A stretch of DNA of 64,000 bases from a virus. A program made the position numbers and the translations under genes. This document shows, one piece after another, positions 56,662 to 63,962 of the stretch; position 1 is the stretch's first letter; each line of letters opens with the position of its first letter. Where the stretch lies: positions 1 to 64,000 of the IMG/VR virus record IMGVR_UViG_3300037140_000076. The stretch is one strand, 5' to 3'. Below the pieces are notes generated by a model. The model did no database searches. It worked only from the letters and a program-made list of their open reading frames with translations, and was not told the origin of the DNA.

Positions 56662-57454
56662 CTTTTTCCATTTTAGCTTTGAAGGATTCTAATTTATCTA
56701 AGGAGTCTTTACTGATAAAGGAATAATTTAGTCCAACAATTAAAGGTTCCACCAATCCCCTGGGGTAGAAGGGTTTGTTATCATATACATATTTCTCTGC
56801 TGCTGCTTTGGTAGGGAAGAAAGTATCATATGTAACAACGCTACTCTTCTGAATTTCAAAGGCCATTATCTCAAAATCTTCAGTAAACACAAACCAATAT
56901 TTATCTCCCTCAAACAGGTCCACATTCTTTCCATTCTCATCTTTTAAAGTGATTATGGGTTTGCGGAGGGGGATTTTTCTTAAATCAGAAATATCATCCC
57001 ACCCAATAACATCAGAATAATAAACTAGCCATGTTTTATTTTCACCTTTTATCTTATCTGGGCGTACTTTATATTCAAATGATTTTATAACATGTTTATA
57101 GACTTCGGTTTTGTTAGTAACTTTTTCCCCCACACTCCATTCCACTCCATTTACTGAAATGGTGTGGATTGTTATATCGCGTAAATTCATATAAGCTTCA
57201 ACATATTCCTCATAGGAAATATTTTCCTCATTAAAAGGAAAAATTCTTCCACCGCTGGCTTTAAACGAAACTATTCCCGGAAGAACTTCTTCTTCATATA
57301 CTGGTTCATAAGTTTCTGGATATTGTTCTAACTTTAGAGTTCCCATAATAGTAGAATCAATAGCTATATTCATAGGATTCTTTTTATATATTTCTCCCTT
57401 CTTTACAAAAGGACCATTTACTTTTCCTACGTAATGTTTGATTTTCTTGCTCAT
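56645..57454 (-). CDS. Hypothetical protein
   Basis: 269 aa coupled ORF. Confidence 0.6.
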   Translation of the reverse strand: MSKKIKHYVGKVNGPFVKKGEIYKKNPMNIAIDSTIMGTLKLEQYPETYEPVYEEEVLPGIVSFKASGGRIFPFNEENISYEEYVEAYMNLRDITIHTISVNGVEWSVGEKVTNKTEVYKHVIKSFEYKVRPDKIKGENKTWLVYYSDVIGWDDISDLRKIPLRKPIITLKDENGKNVDLFEGDKYWFVFTEDFEIMAFEIQKSSVVTYDTFFPTKAAAEKYVYDNKPFYPRGLVEPLIVGLNYSFISKDSLDKLESFKAKMEKDGKPK

Positions 57455-57780
57455 AAATTCTCAAATTTTAATATTAAAAATGATTGTAATTCGGAAATTA
57501 AAATATTCCACTGGGCCTGGGTAAGGTCGGTAGTGGAAATCTCTTCTTTAAATAACTCTACGAACAGTTCGCTTTTCACAAGATCATGCAGCATGTCCTT
57601 GGTCCACCCGGTATCATAACTCCATTCCCCCAACTGGGCAAAATAGAGTTTCTGGAAATCCCTTGTAGTTCCATTATGCTGCTTAATAAGGCACAAAATA
57701 TAATCTCCATCAGTCATATGACTAACGGAGCGGTTAAATAGCTTACCATCCTTTATTTTTGCGTTACAATAGTATGGCAT
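57451..57780 (-). CDS. NinB-like protein
   Basis: Q.LYF......TG...D.LH...K...ST..LT..Q. Confidence 0.5.
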   Translation of the reverse strand: MPYYCNAKIKDGKLFNRSVSHMTDGDYILCLIKQHNGTTRDFQKLYFAQLGEWSYDTGWTKDMLHDLVKSELFVELFKEEISTTDLTQAQWNILISELQSFLILKFENL

Positions 57781-58151
57781 TATTTTTTAGGGCGATTTAT
57801 AACTCTTAAAAGTAATCCTTTTGTCTTTAACAGTCTCCTCAAAAGAGTGATCTTTTGGGAGGGGGTGGTTGTGACATCATCATTTATCTTCACTGCTTTA
57901 CGTGAAAAGATTGTATTAAAATAAATACCGTCTTTTGAATTTAAAAACTGTATTTTTTTCTTTACTTCGCAGGGAGTAGATGCATTTAATATATCTTTTA
58001 TAGAACATCCTAATTGTAAAGAAAATTGTCCTAAACAACATTCATATCCTTCTTTATTAAGTAATCTAGTAAATCCTATTCCTAGTTGGTTCCTTGAACC
58101 AACCTATCCCCCACTCCTCCATTTTGAATAATCCAGTGTTAATGTTTTCAT
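57780..58151 (-). pseudogene. 124-codon gene interrupted by a single in-frame TAG at codon 16 (58104-58106)
   Basis: MKTLTLDYSKWRSGG*VGSRNQLGIGFTRLLNKEGYECCLGQF...RVINRPKK-TAA; TAA overlaps the next ATG; missed by the ORF track. Confidence 0.7.
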
Positions 58152-58263
58152 TGTTTTTATTTTAGTTAAAAGAAAAGAAAGCTCGAAGATTTTAGCATCT
58201 AAATCCCGACAGTTTTCGATGACACTTTCTTACTGTCCTTTTATAGTAGGACAAACACATAGT

Positions 58264-58992
58264 TTATACTAAATCAAATTCCTTTACCAGGAAATCGTTT
58301 AGTTGAATATGTTGTTTCAGATAAAGAGAAGGATGTGCATCTTTCAGAGCAACCGTAACGTTGTTGAAACTATTCCACAGCGTTCCTTCAATCCCGTAAT
58401 TGAAAGAGGGATTCTCAATCTCTCTTTTTATAATTCCAAGCTGAGTATCTGTGATTAGGGCTTCTTCGATAAAGAGCCTTCCCATAAGTTCGGAAGTAGT
58501 TCTCTTTGTCATTTCGATCTCCTTCATTCTTTCACGTTGATACTGGAGCCTTTTAAAGGTATCACCAGCTTTAGCGATATGACCCTGCATTTGATCAATG
58601 AATTCCTGGAGGACCGTTCCGGTATGTCTTCGTTTGAAGGCACCCATATCTCCGATTACCATACCATTTTCACACACAATAACGTGGCCTCCCATAGCTA
58701 TACGCAAAGGCATTGTTTTGTTGTAAGAGTTATGGAACATTAGACTGATGTTCATTTGTGAATCACCATGTTGAAGTTGGTAACGGCCTATCACCTGTTT
58801 ACAATCCATTGCGGTATTGTACTGTTCGCTTAAAACTACGATACCAGCCTTATCCAGCCCTTCCAGGACTGTATTAATGACTATACCATGTGGAACCGGT
58901 GCATAAGACTCGGTTGCCAGGGGAAGAGGTGTGGCAATGATTTCAGCCCGGAGTACCCCTGCTGGCAATTGGGAAGAAAGAAATTTTGACAT
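58264..58992 (-). CDS. DUF932/DUF945-family protein
   Basis: SYAPVPH, HNSYNK, G..VIVCENGM, RRHTG, TLWN.FN.VT. Confidence 0.7.
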   Translation of the reverse strand: MSKFLSSQLPAGVLRAEIIATPLPLATESYAPVPHGIVINTVLEGLDKAGIVVLSEQYNTAMDCKQVIGRYQLQHGDSQMNISLMFHNSYNKTMPLRIAMGGHVIVCENGMVIGDMGAFKRRHTGTVLQEFIDQMQGHIAKAGDTFKRLQYQRERMKEIEMTKRTTSELMGRLFIEEALITDTQLGIIKREIENPSFNYGIEGTLWNSFNNVTVALKDAHPSLYLKQHIQLNDFLVKEFDLV

Positions 58993-59021
58993 AATTGTTG
59001 ATTTTGGGTGATGAATTAGAG

Positions 59022-59052
59022 CAAAGATAACATAGTTTTCCTATATAACAAG
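59022..59052 (-). promoter_or_regulatory. Bacteroidetes sigma70-type promoter
   Basis: cTTG-N19-TATCTTTG upstream of the DUF932 gene. Confidence 0.6.
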
Positions 59053-59082
59053 AAATGTTAAAGAAATTAACAATATAATAGG

Positions 59083-59313
59083 TTAAAAAGATAGGACCTC
59101 AGACTCAATACGAGCCTCATGACGGACCTTTGGAGGGCGGGAAGGGATTATATCCACTTTGGAGTAGATAGGCTCGTCCTTGGCAGATTTATAGCCAAAG
59201 AAGAACACCATACAGGTAAAGATACCCAGGCCAAGGAGGATGAAGGGGACAAGGGGGAAGGATAGAACTATCCAAACCCCGGTAATTGCGTTGTTGAGTT
59301 TTTTATTTCTCAT
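59083..59313 (-). CDS. Small membrane protein
   Basis: Long hydrophobic N-terminal segment. Confidence 0.5.
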   Translation of the reverse strand: MRNKKLNNAITGVWIVLSFPLVPFILLGLGIFTCMVFFFGYKSAKDEPIYSKVDIIPSRPPKVRHEARIESEVLSF

Positions 59314-59737
59314 ATTGTTTTTTTAGTTTTAAAGTATATTCTTTGATTTTTGGAACCAGGTCCAAATTGTTCTCGGCCTTTGTATGCGTTTCCCAAGATA
59401 CTAATATGATGTTCCACTTCTCATATCTAAATTGTGGGTATGCTGATTTTCGTTTGCCCAGGACATGATGGAAGTATAACGTTAACGGCTCCCCGTATAT
59501 CGGTTCTCCTGTCTCAAAGTCTATGTGTGGTCGTTCATTCCAAATCTCAGCAAATAAAAGTCTATCCTTCTGAGTTAGCTTCGCTCTCTCTCCCAAGATT
59601 ACGCTTTGGTTTTTGCTTACTTTCCGGATAGATTTAGTTCTGTTTAGAGAATACCCTGTTTTACGTTGATGATAAATACAATATCCTTTTGAAAATACAG
59701 GATTATTACATTCTTTATATTGACAGGTCTTAGGCAT
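59303..59737 (-). CDS. HNH-like/NinG-like nuclease with N-terminal Zn finger
   Basis: C...C....GYC..H; FHHVL.K...YP.FR....NI......H. Confidence 0.55.
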   Translation of the reverse strand: MPKTCQYKECNNPVFSKGYCIYHQRKTGYSLNRTKSIRKVSKNQSVILGERAKLTQKDRLLFAEIWNERPHIDFETGEPIYGEPLTLYFHHVLGKRKSAYPQFRYEKWNIILVSWETHTKAENNLDLVPKIKEYTLKLKKQYEK

Positions 59738-59740
59738 TCG

Positions 59741-60271
59741 TTATGCTGCTTTTTTTACTGGATATTCAGAATCGTTTTCTAACAGTTTATCCTTAGCAAA
59801 ATCAAATGTATAACCTGTTTTATCCTTAGCGGTATAATAAGCATATCCTTTCAACTTCTGATCTACTGGAATGTTATAGGTGTCCTTAAGGAGATTACGA
59901 AGCACTCTTTTTATGTTAAGGTTTTCGATTGGAGTCTCAGTTGTTAATTCTAGCTCCTCTACGTGACTTCCTTTTCCAAGATTAATGGTGATCGTATAAA
60001 TAAGTTTCAATTTGCTTCTTTTCTTAACGTGGAACTTTCCTTTGATCTTTTTATAGTCAAGATATTTGTAGAACATGTCTCCCAGGTGGAATGAAGGTTT
60101 CCTTATCTTCTTTGAAGCTATAGGGGTAGCAGGTGCCACAGCGGGTAATTCCGTTTCTTCTAAAGTAAATTCATGATCTACTTTCATATCAAGATCAGTT
60201 TTTACTTTTAACTTTTCCATCAATTCTTTTACTTCATCCTCTGTACTAATGTTCTGTTTTGTTCTTGACAT
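59741..60271 (-). CDS. Hypothetical protein
   Basis: ATG at 60271 preferred over track TTG. Confidence 0.6.
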   Translation of the reverse strand: MSRTKQNISTEDEVKELMEKLKVKTDLDMKVDHEFTLEETELPAVAPATPIASKKIRKPSFHLGDMFYKYLDYKKIKGKFHVKKRSKLKLIYTITINLGKGSHVEELELTTETPIENLNIKRVLRNLLKDTYNIPVDQKLKGYAYYTAKDKTGYTFDFAKDKLLENDSEYPVKKAA

Positions 60272-60290
60272 ATTGATAGTTTTTAATTTC

Positions 60291-60322
60291 AAAAAAAAGG
60301 CCCAATATAGAAATACCGGGCC
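60291..60322 (-). terminator. Intrinsic terminator downstream of the tmRNA
   Basis: GGCCCGGTAT-TTCT-ATATTGGGCC followed by T8 on -. Confidence 0.8.
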
Positions 60323-60347
60323 AATACTTATTTCTAAGGTTTGTCAG

Positions 60348-60705
60348 TGGACTAGTCGGAATTCGAATCCGAGTCTTCAATACAAAAAATCTTACTTTTC
60401 TTTATAGGTTTAGGATAACGATTTAATCTTACTACCGTTCCAAAAGAATTTTCCTACCCTCCACCACTCGGTTTAGGTCCGAGAACCATGCTACACCAGC
60501 CATTTTCTGTTTCAAGGTATGACTACCCATGCATCAAGCTAATTCCAGTTCTTCACTGAAAACCGAAGCGAGTATCGCTTCTCCTTCTGCAATACGTTCA
60601 GCTTTAGACTTTACGTTTGTTTGTTGCATATTTATTAAGGATGTTATATACTGCATCCACCTAAAATAAAACCTTTCAATACTGAATCAATAGCCTTTCT
60701 AGCCC
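60348..60705 (-). ncRNA. ssrA: tmRNA (transfer-messenger RNA), 358 nt
   Basis: 5' GGGCUAG pairs with 3' CUAGUCC-A with the G3:U70 Ala determinant; T-arm UCGGA-UUCGAAU-UCCGA preceded by GAC; helix 2 UUCAGUA/UAUUGAA; internal tag ORF ending ...EELELA*; CCA not encoded. Confidence 0.9.
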
Positions 60706-60710
60706 ATAAA

Positions 60711-60902
60711 TTAAAATAGTAGAGAGTCAAAGAGGTACGGATACGTGAAGACTATATTTCCCAATCTTTATAGTTATTTCCCGTTGCAACAGTAATAACA
60801 CCTCCAGTTTGTCGGAAGCTTTTTTGATTGGTACATCTCGGACACCGTTTCGACCACGCCCATGATCAGTGGGTTTGTGCGGTTCTTCATCTACTATTTT
60901 AA
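60711..60902 (-). ncRNA. Unidentified ~190-nt structured RNA candidate
   Basis: 13-bp terminal inverted repeat closing several internal stems; no ORF; between the tRNA-like element and the tmRNA. Confidence 0.6.
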
Positions 60903-60910
60903 AAAAGTTA

Positions 60911-61052
60911 AAAAATAAGTCCCTTTCCCTTCACTATCCCAGGGTGGTTAATAAGGACTTATTTTTACGTACGCTGTTTTAGGCTACAGATACCTCATAC
61001 GTAACCATTGCCGTTAGAATATAGACCGATTTATGATACTATACAACGGTTG
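60911..61052 (-). other. Run of three adjacent stem-loops
   Basis: AAAAATAAGTCC/GGACTTATTTTT (60911-60966); TACGTA..CTGT/ACAG..TACGTA; CCGTTG.TATAG/CTATA..TAACGG. Confidence 0.5.
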
Positions 61053-61061
61053 GATTTTTCG

Positions 61062-61130
61062 AACATCCAAGAGGAATCGAACCCCTGCTTCACCCTACAC
61101 GGGTGCGTCCTCCCACTAGACCATAGATGT
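61062..61130 (-). tRNA. tRNA-like element with an aberrant 5-nt anticodon loop (GUGUA); identity undetermined
   Basis: Acceptor ACAUCUA/UGGAUGU; D-arm GUCU-AGUGGGA-GGAC; stem CACCC/GGGUG; T-arm AGGGG-UUCGAUU-CCUCU; no CCA. Confidence 0.75.
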
Positions 61131-61155
61131 TGCCATAAACACGTTATTCGGAACA

Positions 61156-61187
61156 CAAAGATAAGTAACTTTTTTGAAACTTACAAA
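61156..61187 (-). promoter_or_regulatory. Bacteroidetes sigma70-type promoter of the ncRNA cluster
   Basis: TTTG-N20-TATCTTTG, matching consensus, about 25 nt upstream of the tRNA-like element. Confidence 0.8.
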
Positions 61188-61720
61188 TATTTAAATTTAT
61201 ATCCAAATGCGTGTTTTTCAAGACCATTTAAAACATGCCAAATAGTTGATTGTCTTATTTTTAATTGTCTTGAAGCTTCCCTTTGAGAAATAAATTTTAT
61301 TTTTTTGTTTTTAGGAGATATAACTAAAATCTTAGTTGGTTTATTTCCCATGACTTTTTTCAATATATCCCTTGCATGTTGTATATTTTGTTGCCTTGTA
61401 CACCATTCAAGCTGAGAGGCCCGGTTATCAAGTTTATTTCCTTTCTTATGATTTATATCAAATCCTTTTTTATATCCTTTTACAAAATGTTTTCCAACTA
61501 ATATATGAACCTGGATTTTAGTAGATTTTCCATTTTTGGTTAAATCTAATTGTAAGTATCCTTTAGCATTTGGAGAAAGAATTCTATTTCTTCCCTTAAA
61601 TTTTTGTAAAATTCCATGTTTGGTTTTTATTATTCTATCAAGAGATTTAATATTACCATAATTACTTATTTGATAATAACCTTTGTATCCTTTTATATCT
61701 TTCCATTCTTTTTTCCTCAT
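61181..61720 (-). CDS. NUMOD4-HNH homing endonuclease
   Basis: EWKDIKGYKGYYQISN.G, VH.LV..HF, INHK.GNKLDN....LEW.T...N..HA. Confidence 0.9.
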   Translation of the reverse strand: MRKKEWKDIKGYKGYYQISNYGNIKSLDRIIKTKHGILQKFKGRNRILSPNAKGYLQLDLTKNGKSTKIQVHILVGKHFVKGYKKGFDINHKKGNKLDNRASQLEWCTRQQNIQHARDILKKVMGNKPTKILVISPKNKKIKFISQREASRQLKIRQSTIWHVLNGLEKHAFGYKFKYL

Positions 61721-62247
61721 AGTTCAGATAATATTATTTTTTGCTCATCAAGATGAAATTTACCAAAGTGTTGTTTTACACATGCTTGATAAATTATTTC
61801 TGATTTAAGAACTTTAGTATACATAATCCAATCTGCACTTGTTCCTGTTAAATAATCTTTACTTAATCCAATCTGTTCATAATAAGCTTTGACTTCATCT
61901 TCTACAGTAAATTCAAACTTATAACGAGCATGAATATAATCATGGATTGCGCGAAACATTAGATTATAAACTGGACCCCAAAGTTCACTATCATTTCCTG
62001 ATACATTAACCTTAATTCTTCCTTTATTAAAGTCAGGAAGAACTTCCTGAATTGATTCATAGTTATAAGGATCATCCTTAGTAAAGTCAAAATGAACAGT
62101 ATGACTTAATGAATCAAACATTTTACAAATCAAAGTTCTGAATTGAATTCTTTGAAATTCACTTATAATATTAATTTCATTATCAGCAGTTACGTATCCT
62201 TCTGCAATTCTTTTAATTGCGTTAGGTCTTAAGAAATAATTATCCAT
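61717..62247 (-). CDS. Hypothetical protein with FRAIHDYIH (HDxxH) metal-binding motif
   Basis: N.MFRAIHDYIH...F....E..A. Confidence 0.55.
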   Translation of the reverse strand: MDNYFLRPNAIKRIAEGYVTADNEINIISEFQRIQFRTLICKMFDSLSHTVHFDFTKDDPYNYESIQEVLPDFNKGRIKVNVSGNDSELWGPVYNLMFRAIHDYIHARYKFEFTVEDEVKAYYEQIGLSKDYLTGTSADWIMYTKVLKSEIIYQACVKQHFGKFHLDEQKIILSEL

Positions 62248-62252
62248 ATAAA

Positions 62253-62726
62253 TTAATTTTTAACTCCGCTATCAATTGCTGAATCACAAATCCAAGCCCA
62301 ATCGGTTGAATTTTTGTAACCCATTAATATGATAGTAGAAAAATTTTCTTTTATCTGATCCTTTATTCTAAAATATTCAGTCTTGTCATAAGTTTTAGAG
62401 GTTCCAACGTCTGTACTACAATAAACATATAGGTAATAAGCAAAACCATTATCCTCATTAACTTTGTTTTCAGCATAAACCGTAAAGGTTGTTACACCTG
62501 TATAGTTATCCTTTGAATCAAATTTTGCATAAACATTAGTTGCTGTGTTTCCTGTCTTGTAAAAATAGAAAGTAGCGTTTGTTTGTTCCCATACATTACT
62601 CCAGTTTGCATCTGAATCATCTTTGTGACAGATTTTACTAGCGTGAAGGGTGGTGGTGAGAGATTGAGATTTAACTCCTGTGATTGCGATCATAATGATG
62701 GCAATTAGTAACATGATCTTTTTCAT
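62253..62726 (-). CDS. Secreted/periplasmic protein
   Basis: Bacteroidetes-type signal peptide MKKIMLL...VKS/Q. Confidence 0.65.
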   Translation of the reverse strand: MKKIMLLIAIIMIAITGVKSQSLTTTLHASKICHKDDSDANWSNVWEQTNATFYFYKTGNTATNVYAKFDSKDNYTGVTTFTVYAENKVNEDNGFAYYLYVYCSTDVGTSKTYDKTEYFRIKDQIKENFSTIILMGYKNSTDWAWICDSAIDSGVKN

Positions 62727-62750
62727 TTGTGTTTGTTGTTTGTTTTTAAT

Positions 62751-62852
62751 TTAAAATAATGCATAACCTATTAAAGCAATAGCTTCTAATAATAAAAATA
62801 ATCCAATTGTAAGGAATGGATGCCTCTGCCAAAAACTGTATGGATTCCTCAT
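62751..62852 (-). CDS. Tiny membrane protein (33 aa, not in track)
   Basis: MRNPYSFWQRHPFLTIGLFLLLEAIALIGYALF. Confidence 0.45.
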   Translation of the reverse strand: MRNPYSFWQRHPFLTIGLFLLLEAIALIGYALF

Positions 62853-62854
62853 AA

Positions 62855-63763
62855 TCAATTATTTATGTATACTTGAATGTATTGAAAGTAATTAATAGTT
62901 CCATCCTTATCAACTTCTTTGAGCCTAAAGATACCACTTTTTGCGTTAATGTCAAGGGATGCCTTTTGTTCGGTCTTGGTACAGGATATAGTTCCCAGGG
63001 TGAAGACCAGCATTGTAACCATTGACATGAATACTTTCCTATTCTTTCCCAAGGATAGCAGTAACCCGATAATGAACAGAATCACAAGACCCGAAGCGAT
63101 CCCGGCCTGTAGTGATCCGTTAACGTTCCCAGTGGCATAGTAGACTGTTGAGGTATACGTACGCTGTATCTGTGTATCTCCATAAGAGTCATAATGGGCA
63201 ACCATCCTTTCACTATTATCCGGCATTAGCTGCCAAACTTCATAGTAGCTTACATTCTGCTCCATACTCAAGGTCCAATCAAATTCAATCTTGTCTGGTG
63301 CCTGATACTTGCCAGTAAAACTTAATAGATTGATCGGGAGGGCCAAGCATTGATCCAACAATGTCTTGTAACTATATGTCCCGCTCAACCATGTAGGATT
63401 CCCAGGCCAGTTATCATTCTCCGTCCCGTATAGATTAGTGATGTAGGAGGGAACGTTAATCTTAAATTCTGCGTCTCCAATTGCACCAACCGAATCATTC
63501 TTACCAGAGGAAGTCTTTTTGCTAAGATCAATTGTAACACTCCAAACGACAGGGTTATTAACCGTTATCGTTGCACTACCGTTCTTTGTAGCATAAACGT
63601 ATCCCTTTAGATTCTTAGTACCTACAGTCCAATCATCCATTTCAATTGTAACTGTTTTGTTTGCCGAACAGTATGCAAAGGGAACAATGTAATGGGCTTC
63701 TGCTTTGTAGCCGATTAGGGTAGTCAATAGAATTAGAATGACCCCTAAGATTAATTTTTTCAT
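62855..63763 (-). CDS. Exported protein with T9SS-substrate-type Ig-like domain interrupted by TM helices
   Basis: Signal peptide; LPINLLSFTG...W....EQN..YYEV; two TM helices plus ISC; FRLKEVDKDG. Confidence 0.65.
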   Translation of the reverse strand: MKKLILGVILILLTTLIGYKAEAHYIVPFAYCSANKTVTIEMDDWTVGTKNLKGYVYATKNGSATITVNNPVVWSVTIDLSKKTSSGKNDSVGAIGDAEFKINVPSYITNLYGTENDNWPGNPTWLSGTYSYKTLLDQCLALPINLLSFTGKYQAPDKIEFDWTLSMEQNVSYYEVWQLMPDNSERMVAHYDSYGDTQIQRTYTSTVYYATGNVNGSLQAGIASGLVILFIIGLLLSLGKNRKVFMSMVTMLVFTLGTISCTKTEQKASLDINAKSGIFRLKEVDKDGTINYFQYIQVYINN

Positions 63764-63782
63764 TTGTGTTTTTTAAAGTGAA

Positions 63783-63962
63783 TTAATAACCGATGAAGTG
63801 AACATTCTCAGGACAGCCCATCTTACGGACTTTAATGTAGTCGTGACCTTTTGTTTCGAACTTTACGTTGGGATCATGTTTAACGACAACACATGATGAG
63901 AAGGAAAATGATACTGAAAAGAGAAGTACCAATATCCACGCTGTAATAATTACCTTTTTCAT
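63783..63962 (-). CDS. Small lipoprotein (59 aa, not in track)
   Basis: MKKVIITAWILVLLFSVSFSFSSC lipobox-like. Confidence 0.55.
   Translation of the reverse strand: MKKVIITAWILVLLFSVSFSFSSCVVVKHDPNVKFETKGHDYIKVRKMGCPENVHFIGY

Noticed and set aside
60845-60872. Hammerhead ribozyme (CUGAUCA...CGAAAC on -)
   Set aside because: Core deviates from CUGANGA, stems II/III cannot form convincingly, and CUGAUCA is the loop of a CCCA/UGGG hairpin
60323-61061. Theta/HDV-like or twister ribozyme in the tRNA/tmRNA trailers
   Set aside because: I could not build the required nested pseudoknots or find the conserved core residues by eye; a covariance search should confirm
61008-61286. Track ORF on + (92 aa)
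   Set aside because: Antisense to the tRNA-like element, promoter and HNH gene; no motif; shadow ORF
30778-61720. Group I introns or inteins housing the GIY-YIG/HNH endonucleases
   Set aside because: The endonuclease genes abut complete neighbouring genes; no split host gene or intron core was seen; PolB, helicases and RecA appear uninterrupted
214-63140. Many short track ORFs antisense to or nested in long genes
   Set aside because: They overlap well-supported genes on the other strand or frame and lack recognisable motifs
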